Shown here: positions 32,715 through 40,657 of the stretch, piece after piece
Layout of the letters: each line of letters begins with the position of its first letter
How positions within the stretch are numbered: position 1 is the stretch's first letter
Origin: Marinobacter sp.
GTDB lineage: Bacteria; Pseudomonadota; Gammaproteobacteria; Pseudomonadales; Oleiphilaceae
Reading direction: 5' to 3'
NCBI GenBank assembly: GCA_014762755.1
Contig: JABURI010000152.1
Coordinates: 592 to 64,591 of the forward strand
DNA: 64,000 nt
Translations under genes and position numbers: made by a program
The notes under the pieces: generated by a model
Told to the model about the DNA's origin: nothing
Seen by the model: the letters and a program-made list of their open reading frames with translations, nothing else
Database searches by the model: none

Positions 32715-33359
32715 ATGGATTCACAGACTCTCACTAACAAATCCCCGGATGCCTCTGTAGCAGCCGCCTATTTCAGTCCAGACGACTATCTGCTCAAGAC
32801 TCTGCAGCGGGCGGTCGCCAACAATCAGGACATTCACATAAGCACCGGGAACACTGGCAGCCTGACAATACTGAGTAGCCGCGGCGAGTATTTCACGGAT
32901 AGCCCGGACCTGCGCGCATTGCTCTGCCAGAGCCCGGATAACTGTCGCGTAAGGATCCTTGGCACCGGAGACCATCAGATCCCGCCGGAATCGAGAGTTG
33001 GGCGGAATATTGACGAGCTGATGTGGCAGGCTGCGTTCTACGTTTCTGATGGCCGGCTGATGGAAGGCTGCAACCAGGCCGACGTGATTCAACTGGATTG
33101 CTGGCCCAACCTGACGCGTCTGCCCCATACCCCCAACAGTTTCCGAATCCTGGCATTGCTTTCAAAACATCCCACCTCGGTGTTCTTTGCCTCCCGGTTA
33201 TTGAAAGTGCCCGCCAGCGAAATCTATCAGATCTACAGTGCAGCCAAGGCTGCAGGTCTCAGTCACGCCATAAACAGAAAGGCTGAAGAGCCCCGCCTGG
33301 AGCCTCATCGCAGCCAATCGTTGCTTTCGTCGCTGTTAAACAAGATTGGCAGGTTCTAG
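32715..33359 (+). CDS. GTPase-associated hypothetical protein (possible winged-helix-like C-terminus and amphipathic tail)
   Basis: ELMWQAA..GRL..LDCWPNLTRL core; ends SLLSSLLNKIGRF; 9 bp from the GTPase start. Start uncertain (TTG 32634 alternative). Confidence 0.65.
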   Translation: MDSQTLTNKSPDASVAAAYFSPDDYLLKTLQRAVANNQDIHISTGNTGSLTILSSRGEYFTDSPDLRALLCQSPDNCRVRILGTGDHQIPPESRVGRNIDELMWQAAFYVSDGRLMEGCNQADVIQLDCWPNLTRLPHTPNSFRILALLSKHPTSVFFASRLLKVPASEIYQIYSAAKAAGLSHAINRKAEEPRLEPHRSQSLLSSLLNKIGRF

Positions 33360-33368
33360 GAGAACGGA

Positions 33369-33902
33369 GTGGAACATAAAATTATCTTTACCGGCCCGGT
33401 CGGGGCTGGCAAAACCACTGCCATCGGCTCAATCAGCGACATTCCCGTTGTCAGTACTGAAAGCAATGCCAGTGACGAGGTGGCCAAACAAAAAGCGACG
33501 ACGACGGTTGCCATGGACTATGGCGTCATGAAGCTCGGAGACGGCCTGAAGGTTCACCTCTACGGCACGCCTGGGCAGGAACGCTTCAGTTTCATGTGGG
33601 ATATCCTCACCATTGGCGGCCTGGGCATCGTGATCCTGGTTGATAATGATCGCGAGGATCCGCTGGCCGACCTGGAATTCTATGTCCGTGCTTTCGAGAA
33701 GTTCATCAAAAAAAATGCTCTCGTCGTCGGTGTTACCCGCATGGACACGAAGCCCCGCCCGGGACTCTATTCCTACCATACCCGGCTCTCCGAGCTGGGT
33801 ATTCAGGCTCCTGTCTTTGAGGTGGATGCCCGCGAGCAAGTAGACGTCTCCATCATGCTTCAGGCGCTACTCGCCATGCTGGACCCGGGGGCGCAACGAT
33901 GA
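33369..33902 (+). CDS. Small Ras-like GTPase, MglA/CvnD (ATP_bind_1) type
   Basis: G1 GPVGAGKTT, G2 TTVAMDYG, G3 YGTPGQERF.FMW, G4-like TRMD, G5-like VDAR; GGAG RBS. Confidence 0.92.
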   Translation: MEHKIIFTGPVGAGKTTAIGSISDIPVVSTESNASDEVAKQKATTTVAMDYGVMKLGDGLKVHLYGTPGQERFSFMWDILTIGGLGIVILVDNDREDPLADLEFYVRAFEKFIKKNALVVGVTRMDTKPRPGLYSYHTRLSELGIQAPVFEVDAREQVDVSIMLQALLAMLDPGAQR

Positions 33903-35236
33903 CCCCGGGCGACTCGGCGGACTCCACCCCTCCGGTATTATCCCTGCGAGGGTTCGGCGTCGGCTTCGGAGAAAAGACCATCCTCGCCAGCCTCGACCTG
34001 GACATCCCCGACCGGCAGGTGGCCATCCTCCTCGGGCCGGCCGGAACCGGAAAATCAACGCTGCTCCGAACCTTGAGTGGTTATAACGATGCCAGCCCCA
34101 ACCTCAGGACCTGGGGCGAGGCAACCTATCTGGGCAATCCCATTTCCACCAGAGAGCGCCCGGCGCTTGTGGCCCAGAATACCCGCATGATGATGTCCAG
34201 CGTTCTGGAGAACATCATCCATGACCTCCCTGAGCGCCAGGGACTCTCCCCCCTGCAGCAACGGCAACTGGCAATACGTCTTCTGGACTCCGCCGGCCTG
34301 GAGGAACTCATTGAGCGAATCGATGAGCCGGTAGTCCACCTGGACCTTGCCCTGCAAAGGCACCTGGCCATCATGCGCATGGCGGCTACCGGCTCCAGAC
34401 TGTTAATGCTGGACGAACCAACCACCGGGCTCAGCGAGCCGGAGGCGAAGCGGCTATTGGGGTGCATCGCTGATGAAGGGCGAAAACGCTCGATCATTGT
34501 TGCCTTGCATAACCTGGGCCACGCGCGACAACTCGCGGGCAACATCCTCTTACTGGCAGGTGGCAACATTCAGGAAGTAACGCCCACCGAAGAGTTTCTG
34601 ATAAAGCCGGGCACCGATGCAGGGCGGGCGTTCATTCGATCCGGATCCTGTTCCTTGCCGGATCCCGATACGGATCCGGAAAGTCTTGATCCTGAGGCCC
34701 CCCGACCGGCTGTTATCCCGGCAAAGGCGAAACAGTATGTGAGCGACAGTTTCGGACCAAGGGGGTTCGTCTGGCTCCACAAAGGGTTATTGGCCGGCAC
34801 CCCCCGACCGGGCATCGTTCAGGATCTTGAGTATGACCTCAAGGCATTGCGCCGGGTCGGTGTAACAAACCTGATCACGCTGACCGAAACGCCACCTGAA
34901 GTCGAGGCGTTGAAAGCCTTCGGCATTGAAAACATCTGGTCCCCCTTTCCCGATATGGCACCTCCCACTGAGGCACAGGCGCTGGATCTCTGCGAAAAGA
35001 TCCACCAAATCAACAATGCCGGGGGCGTTGTGGCTGTGCACTGTCGCGCAGGCCTGGGAAGGACCGGAACCATCTTGGCCGCCTACCTAATCTGGGAGGG
35101 CGCCGAGGCACTGGAAGCATTGGAAGCAGCCCGGCGCATTGAACCGCGCTGGGTCCAGTCAGAAGCCCAGGCAGAGTTCCTGGAGCAATTCGCCCGGTTT
35201 CTTGCCGGGCGAAAACAGGCCGTACAGGTGTCTTGA
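33899..35236 (+). CDS. ABC-type ATPase / CX5R phosphatase fusion, copy 2
   Basis: GPAGTGKS, LLMLDEPTTGL, LHN, degenerate signature LDLALQR; LAGTPRPG, PFPDMAPP, HCRAGLGRTGT; ATGA overlap with the GTPase. Confidence 0.88.
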   Translation: MTPGDSADSTPPVLSLRGFGVGFGEKTILASLDLDIPDRQVAILLGPAGTGKSTLLRTLSGYNDASPNLRTWGEATYLGNPISTRERPALVAQNTRMMMSSVLENIIHDLPERQGLSPLQQRQLAIRLLDSAGLEELIERIDEPVVHLDLALQRHLAIMRMAATGSRLLMLDEPTTGLSEPEAKRLLGCIADEGRKRSIIVALHNLGHARQLAGNILLLAGGNIQEVTPTEEFLIKPGTDAGRAFIRSGSCSLPDPDTDPESLDPEAPRPAVIPAKAKQYVSDSFGPRGFVWLHKGLLAGTPRPGIVQDLEYDLKALRRVGVTNLITLTETPPEVEALKAFGIENIWSPFPDMAPPTEAQALDLCEKIHQINNAGGVVAVHCRAGLGRTGTILAAYLIWEGAEALEALEAARRIEPRWVQSEAQAEFLEQFARFLAGRKQAVQVS

Positions 35237-35291
35237 GATACAGCCACCAAATAAACGATAACAACACTATACAAGACAGGAGAATTCATCG

Positions 35292-35696
35292 ATGAGCCTT
35301 GAAGACGCCATTCAGAAGTCCATTACCGAGATCCCGGAGTGCCTTGCGGGGGGTTATGTGGATCTGACCAGCGGCATGCTGCTGGGTATTAAAACCGTCG
35401 ATTCCCACCCCCAGGAAGTTCTCGAAATGCTCGCGGCAGCCACAGCAGACCTGTTCCAGGGTCCCAACGTGGTGACCATCGAGAATATGTTCAAAAAAGC
35501 CCGCGGGCTTCCAATGGATGACTTCCACTACTTCCAGGAAATCATCGTTAACAGCGAAAACCTGATCCACATCTTCATGCGCAGCAAGGCAAATCAGGAA
35601 CACGTGGTAACCTTTGTTTGCCGCCGCACAGCAAACCTCGGCATGGTACTGACCAAGGCCCGTGCAGCATTGCCGAAAGTCGAGGCTGCTCTCTAG
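35292..35696 (+). CDS. Roadblock/profilin-like small protein, type A copy 2
   Basis: 119 of 134 residues identical to 28584-28991 by manual alignment; AGGAG RBS. Confidence 0.72.
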   Translation: MSLEDAIQKSITEIPECLAGGYVDLTSGMLLGIKTVDSHPQEVLEMLAAATADLFQGPNVVTIENMFKKARGLPMDDFHYFQEIIVNSENLIHIFMRSKANQEHVVTFVCRRTANLGMVLTKARAALPKVEAAL

Positions 35697-35727
35697 CAAA
35701 TCGGTATCTGGTTAACTGCCAGGTACA

Positions 35728-35755
35728 AAGCCAGTGCTGTCAGCAGCACTGGCTT
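35728..35755. promoter_or_regulatory. Perfect 12-bp intergenic stem-loop without U-tract
   Basis: AAGCCAGTGCTG-TCAG-CAGCACTGGCTT. Confidence 0.55.
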
Positions 35756-35785
35756 CCATGAATTTGCCGGAAGAGACACTGCTGT

Positions 35786-36646
35786 ATGTATACCATCGAA
35801 TATCAAGGCCAGAACTACCAATGCAGGGGTGACGAAACCATCCTGGAGGCCATGCTGAGGCATGGAGTCAAGTTTCCCTTCTCGTGTCGAAAGGGCTCTT
35901 GTCATGCCTGTATTCATGTTGCCCAAAAAGGACGTCTCTCGGAAGAATCCCAGAAAGGACTCGATAGCCAGAAAAAAGATGAGGGTTGCTTCCTACCATG
36001 TCTTTGCCGCCCTGTAGACGACATGGTGATTGCTGCTCGACCGAAGCGCACCGGAACCAGGAGCGCCACTTCGCCGGAGAAGAGCGAAAGTGACGTCGTC
36101 AGCCCGGATCCGGAGATGTGGCAGGCTCTCGGGGAAGGATCAGTGCTCACCGCGGTACTGGAAGATTTCTATGGAAGGGTGTACGACGATCCCCGCCTGG
36201 CACCGTTTTTTCATGGCGTAACCATGAGACGCGCAATCGAGAAACAGTACCTGTTCCTGCGACAGAAGTTCACAGGCGAGAAAGTCTACTTCGGTGACCG
36301 CCCTCGCAATGCCCATCACTGGATGGTGATCTCCAACGAGCTGTTTGACTACCGCGAATCCATTATGGTGGATTGCTTACGCCGTCAGGGTCTGCCTGAA
36401 CATCTGATTGCCCGTTGGCGGGCGTTGGAGAACAGCTTCCGCGGAGACATCGTCAAGGATAAAGCCTGGAACCGGAAAATCGGTGATATCGAAATCCCGG
36501 TTTCGGGCTTCGATGAGGTCACCCTTGACGTCGGCTCCCTTTGCGACAGCTGTGGCAACGAGATTGATGCCGGTGTCACGGTCCGCTATCACCTGAGGCT
36601 TGGTACCCTGTATTGTCCGGACTGCATGTACTCCATCGGGGAGTAA
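35786..36646 (+). CDS. 2Fe-2S ferredoxin - group I truncated hemoglobin - Cys4 finger fusion
   Basis: SCRKGSCHAC...LPC; LGEG..L.AVLEDFY.RVYDDPRLAPFF...Q..FL....G...Y.G....AH; CDSC...YCPDC. Confidence 0.82.
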   Translation: MYTIEYQGQNYQCRGDETILEAMLRHGVKFPFSCRKGSCHACIHVAQKGRLSEESQKGLDSQKKDEGCFLPCLCRPVDDMVIAARPKRTGTRSATSPEKSESDVVSPDPEMWQALGEGSVLTAVLEDFYGRVYDDPRLAPFFHGVTMRRAIEKQYLFLRQKFTGEKVYFGDRPRNAHHWMVISNELFDYRESIMVDCLRRQGLPEHLIARWRALENSFRGDIVKDKAWNRKIGDIEIPVSGFDEVTLDVGSLCDSCGNEIDAGVTVRYHLRLGTLYCPDCMYSIGE

Positions 36647-36766
36647 CAAAAGCGCTGCCGATATCAGATTCCGGTCCGTTATTGTAAACCAGCTCACACT
36701 GGTTACGTGATGACCGGTTTGGTGAGCTGGAGACCGTACAGTAACAGCCGTCGGACGTCAGTCCCG

Positions 36767-39697
36767 TCAGGGACTGACGTCAAATACTCCGTGCACCACT
36801 TCGTCACCATCAGCGTCCGTGATCACTGCGGTAATGACATGCTGGCCTGCCAATCCCTCAAAACTGAATCCGTACGCATCGCGCGGAGGCTTAGTAACCG
36901 TGCCCGCGAAATCCCAGGGGGCACGGTTTTCCACCTTGATCGGACTACCCAGCCGGTCCGGATCGTCCAGATAGAACGCCACTCTCTTCATGCCTTCAAT
37001 GTCAGGCACAAAGATGTACGCCTCGCCGCTCAAGCTTGAGCCGTCAAGGGGCACAGGATTACTTCGGTCCGCCGCCAGGGATACCGCAAGTGTGTATAAA
37101 GAGGGTTGGTCATAGACCAGACTGACCGGGACCGTCAGCTGCTCCCCCGTCTCCGCTTCAATCACGACAGCCGCCTGGTACTGGCCGGAGGAGAGCGCCG
37201 AGGCATCGGCGGTCAGGACTAGCGTTTCAGGTAGCACTCCGGTAGGGGACTCGACGCCCAGCCAGGCCGCCGTGCTGCGCGCGCTGTAGCTCGGGTTGCT
37301 GCCATCGGTCATCTGTATCAGGACATCCTGCTCGGCCAGTGACTGGGGCGGCGTTAGCCCGAACAAAACGCTGTCCGGGGTGGCATCCAGATTCGGGACG
37401 TCATTGGCCACCATGAATCCGGCCGACACCAGAACCTCAAGCCCCCCGGAAATCGTGAGGCGAGCGCCAAGTACGTGGCCACCGTCCGCCAACGCCCCGG
37501 TGTCATAGGGGTAAGCGGTATCATCGGCGGCGGTGCCGGCGAGATCGAACGGGGGCACATTCTCGGTCTTGGTGACAACGCCGGTACCGGTCGGATCGTC
37601 CATGTAAAAACGCACCTGGCTAACGTCGGTATCCGGACTGGTGAAAATGTATTGTTCACCCTGCAAGATGGTGCCTTCCAGGGGAACGGCTCCCGCCCGC
37701 TCGGGGCTGTTCGACACCCAGATTCCGTAACTGGAAGCGCCAACGCGCAACACCACCGGCACCCAGGTGGCGCTGTCCTCCCCGGCAGTGATCTGCAGGA
37801 TGCCACGGTACTCACCTACCGCCAAACTGGAGGCATCCGCCACTATCTCCACACTTGCCGGCGTCACTCCTGAGGCCTGTGACAGCGACAACCAGTCTGG
37901 AATCTGGGTAATTTCGAAGTCCAGTGCAGCGCCATCGCCACCGGTCACGTTCAGGCTTTCAGAAACTACGTCACCCGGCTCGGCCATTAGTGCAATCTGC
38001 CGAGGCTGCGCCAGCACCTCCGGCGCACAGCCATTCACGTCATACCGGACCCGATCTATCTGTAGCGGCACCGAACCATCGCCTTCAACTCCGAACACAT
38101 CCACATCAAGCGTGCCCGTGGCCGTTACTGAAAGATGAGCGAAATGGTGCAACGTATTGTTCCGGAATACCGTCCAGGCAGGCGGCTCGGACGTACGCCA
38201 GGGCGAGAAGTCGAGAGAGATATTGCTGAGCTTGCCACCGGGGGCAACCTTCAGCCAGCTCACACCATCCTCTGGGCCATAACAATGGCGATTGTCTGAC
38301 GTTGGCGTGTTCGTGGCAGGCACATTGACCAGCGGATAGGTTCGCTCATAGGACTGATCGTGGGCAGTGAGCACCACCTGGACACCTGCAGCTTCAAAGA
38401 TCGGCCCGAGCTGGCCTCGAAGTGGCAGGGCAGAGGAATGATTGGTGCCTTCTGAGAATGGGGCCGCGTGCAGATAAGGTACCAGCCAGCGCTGGCCACG
38501 GCCTTTGGCAGCTGCCAGATCGGCGCTCAGCCAGTCCAGCGCATCCTGTGGAAGTTGCTCGTACTCATTCAGTCCGAAGATCGATACAAAATGGACCTCA
38601 CCAGCATCAAAACTGTACATCCGACGACCATTCCAACCCTCGGGTGTCACAAAATAATTGACCCAAGTACCAAACCCCTCCCCCAATAGCACTTCATGGT
38701 TACCGTAGGTCGGCATCATCGGGCTTTGACTGGCGATTGCCGACATCTGGTCAAACCAGGCGGCAATAGAGCGCTCGAGGGTGACATAGCGCTTATCGGT
38801 ATTGAAATAGGCGTAGTCACCGCCCAAAAGCACCAACCGCGGATTGCGCCGGGCAATCTCGAGAATCACCTGCTCTGTTCCGGTGGCCAGCCCGTCAAGA
38901 CGACCGACCAGGCCGGTATCGGCAACAAAAACTGCATCAAAGTCCGCGGGCCCCGGTGCAGGTGCGGTATAACTCTCGTATACCCGACTCCAAACATTCG
39001 GGGCAAGCGCCGCACGAAACTCATAACGCGTATCAGCAAGCAGGCCCTCAAGGTTGACCAACAGATACTGACCATCAGCTGTGGAGTGACTGACGGTACC
39101 ACTGGCCTGCTCCCAGGCACTCTCACCAGCCCGACGGTAGCTCACCGTCGCCGGGGTTCCCGCAAGCGGCGAGAACCACATCACTGCCAGCGATCCGGAA
39201 GGATCGCCTTGCCAACCGGTGTGCAGCTGCCCTGCCTCACCGCCCGGCTCCGGTGGCGGCTGGTTGGCAATCTGCATCAGCCCTTGAAGGGTCTGTACCA
39301 CCGAACCACCCTGGTACAACTCGGCACTGACCCGGTAGTTGCCATCCACCAGGTTGCGGGTGTCGTAAGGGTAGGCCAGATCATCGGGGGTGGTGCCGGC
39401 AAAATCCCAGGGTATGCGGTTTTCAGTCTTGACGAGGGTCCCGTCCAGATAGAAACGTACCTGATCCGCCGCATTGGCATCGCCCACGAAGATATACACC
39501 TGGTCCTGTAACGGCGCCGTCTCAAGGCTCTGGGGCGAGCTTCGATCCGATGACAGCGACACCAGTAACTCGGCGGCAGATACACGCAGTGGTATAAGGG
39601 CCAGCACCAAAAACAGGATGAAGAACCATCCAGTAGCACACGTCAATGAACGGGCGTGGCGGGGGAAAGTAAAGATGCGCCGAACCATAACGACCAC
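36767..39697 (-). CDS. Secreted purple-acid-phosphatase-like metallophosphoesterase with repeated beta-rich domains
   Basis: Signal peptide ending VSA; FN3-like PAP N-domain; ADTG, GGDYAY, GNHE, YLH, AHDQSYER; three KxENxxP(W/F)D(F/L)AGT repeats; two BACON-like segments. Start may be ATG 39688. Confidence 0.8.
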   Translation of the reverse strand: MVVMVRRIFTFPRHARSLTCATGWFFILFLVLALIPLRVSAAELLVSLSSDRSSPQSLETAPLQDQVYIFVGDANAADQVRFYLDGTLVKTENRIPWDFAGTTPDDLAYPYDTRNLVDGNYRVSAELYQGGSVVQTLQGLMQIANQPPPEPGGEAGQLHTGWQGDPSGSLAVMWFSPLAGTPATVSYRRAGESAWEQASGTVSHSTADGQYLLVNLEGLLADTRYEFRAALAPNVWSRVYESYTAPAPGPADFDAVFVADTGLVGRLDGLATGTEQVILEIARRNPRLVLLGGDYAYFNTDKRYVTLERSIAAWFDQMSAIASQSPMMPTYGNHEVLLGEGFGTWVNYFVTPEGWNGRRMYSFDAGEVHFVSIFGLNEYEQLPQDALDWLSADLAAAKGRGQRWLVPYLHAAPFSEGTNHSSALPLRGQLGPIFEAAGVQVVLTAHDQSYERTYPLVNVPATNTPTSDNRHCYGPEDGVSWLKVAPGGKLSNISLDFSPWRTSEPPAWTVFRNNTLHHFAHLSVTATGTLDVDVFGVEGDGSVPLQIDRVRYDVNGCAPEVLAQPRQIALMAEPGDVVSESLNVTGGDGAALDFEITQIPDWLSLSQASGVTPASVEIVADASSLAVGEYRGILQITAGEDSATWVPVVLRVGASSYGIWVSNSPERAGAVPLEGTILQGEQYIFTSPDTDVSQVRFYMDDPTGTGVVTKTENVPPFDLAGTAADDTAYPYDTGALADGGHVLGARLTISGGLEVLVSAGFMVANDVPNLDATPDSVLFGLTPPQSLAEQDVLIQMTDGSNPSYSARSTAAWLGVESPTGVLPETLVLTADASALSSGQYQAAVVIEAETGEQLTVPVSLVYDQPSLYTLAVSLAADRSNPVPLDGSSLSGEAYIFVPDIEGMKRVAFYLDDPDRLGSPIKVENRAPWDFAGTVTKPPRDAYGFSFEGLAGQHVITAVITDADGDEVVHGVFDVSP

Positions 39698-39845
39698 CTC
39701 CCGGGGATAGGATCGGGGGACCGTAAAAGTTCAGCATATTCAGTGCCAGCTTTCTAAGCGCCTGAAAGATTTCCCGAAGTAAACTCATCGGGGATGCTGG
39801 CGGCATCGAGCTGTATAATTCTCCGACGCTTTTGATTTGCAGAAC

Positions 39846-39885
39846 GAAAAAAGGGGGACTCAGCCATCCCTGGCCGAGACCCTTT
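39846..39885 (-). terminator. Intrinsic terminator of the beta-barrel gene
   Basis: Minus strand CTCGGCCA-GGGA-TGGCTGAG, then TCCCCC and TTTTTT. Confidence 0.7.
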
Positions 39886-39890
39886 CACCA

Positions 39891-40469
39891 TTAGAACTGG
39901 TACTTCAGGCCGACCCGGCCGGTATCAAACTCCGGTCCGTCGTTGGTGACCTGCCCGTTGAAGTCATCCTCGTCCACATCCACGTTGTAGCGGTTGTACT
40001 CTGCAAACGCCGTCAACTGCGGCGTCACCCGGAAGTCCACACCGGCGCCGACAAAGGGACTGACCTCGTCGTAGGTCTCGCTTTCATCGAACGCATCCAC
40101 ATCCAGTGCGGAGACGAACGCACCCGCCTTGCCGTAGACCCCGAAGCTGTCAGTCAGCGGCAGCCGCCCGACGGCACTGAGCCCGGCGCCCTTGAGCTTG
40201 GCATCCACGTCGTCCTCGCCGAAGTTGCCGAAATCGATGTACTCCGCTTCCAGGGCAAAGAATGGTGTGAACTGGTAGCCCAGCGCAACACCCAGCAGAT
40301 CGTTCTCATCCTCGAACTCACCGCCGTGGGACTTGTAACCACCGTAACTACCGCTGATATAGGGGCCAGCCGGATCACGGCTGACGCTGTCCTGTGCCCA
40401 CACAGCTGGCGCTGTCGCAACCGCTGCAGTCAAAACCGTGGCATACGCAAAACGTGCTTTAAAGCTCAT
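39891..40469 (-). CDS. Outer-membrane beta-barrel protein (OmpA-transmembrane-like)
   Basis: Signal peptide AVWA; GYQFTPFFALEAEY; C-terminal VGLKYQF beta-signal. Confidence 0.88.
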   Translation of the reverse strand: MSFKARFAYATVLTAAVATAPAVWAQDSVSRDPAGPYISGSYGGYKSHGGEFEDENDLLGVALGYQFTPFFALEAEYIDFGNFGEDDVDAKLKGAGLSAVGRLPLTDSFGVYGKAGAFVSALDVDAFDESETYDEVSPFVGAGVDFRVTPQLTAFAEYNRYNVDVDEDDFNGQVTNDGPEFDTGRVGLKYQF

Positions 40470-40657
40470 AGCGCGTCTCCCTTTGAGGTTGGTTTCCTTT
40501 CGCCTTTCCAGGCAATCGCCTCGGATGTCTCGCGATTGCTTGGCACCACCGTATCGGGATTTGACGCAGCAGGGGGTTAAAACCGGACTAAGATTTATTC
40601 ACATTTGGTTCATGGGGGTCGGCAAAGCCCCCACCAACCAATTTGCCCAACAACGGA

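Larger units (their letters stand above)
26850..39830. other. Lower-GC accessory block / putative genomic island (no integrase seen)
   Basis: AT-rich intergenic regions and more A/T-ending codons. Spot counts: 31/60 GC at 30001-30060 versus 40/60 at 26041-26100. Bounded by terminators at about 26800 and 39850. Confidence 0.55.
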
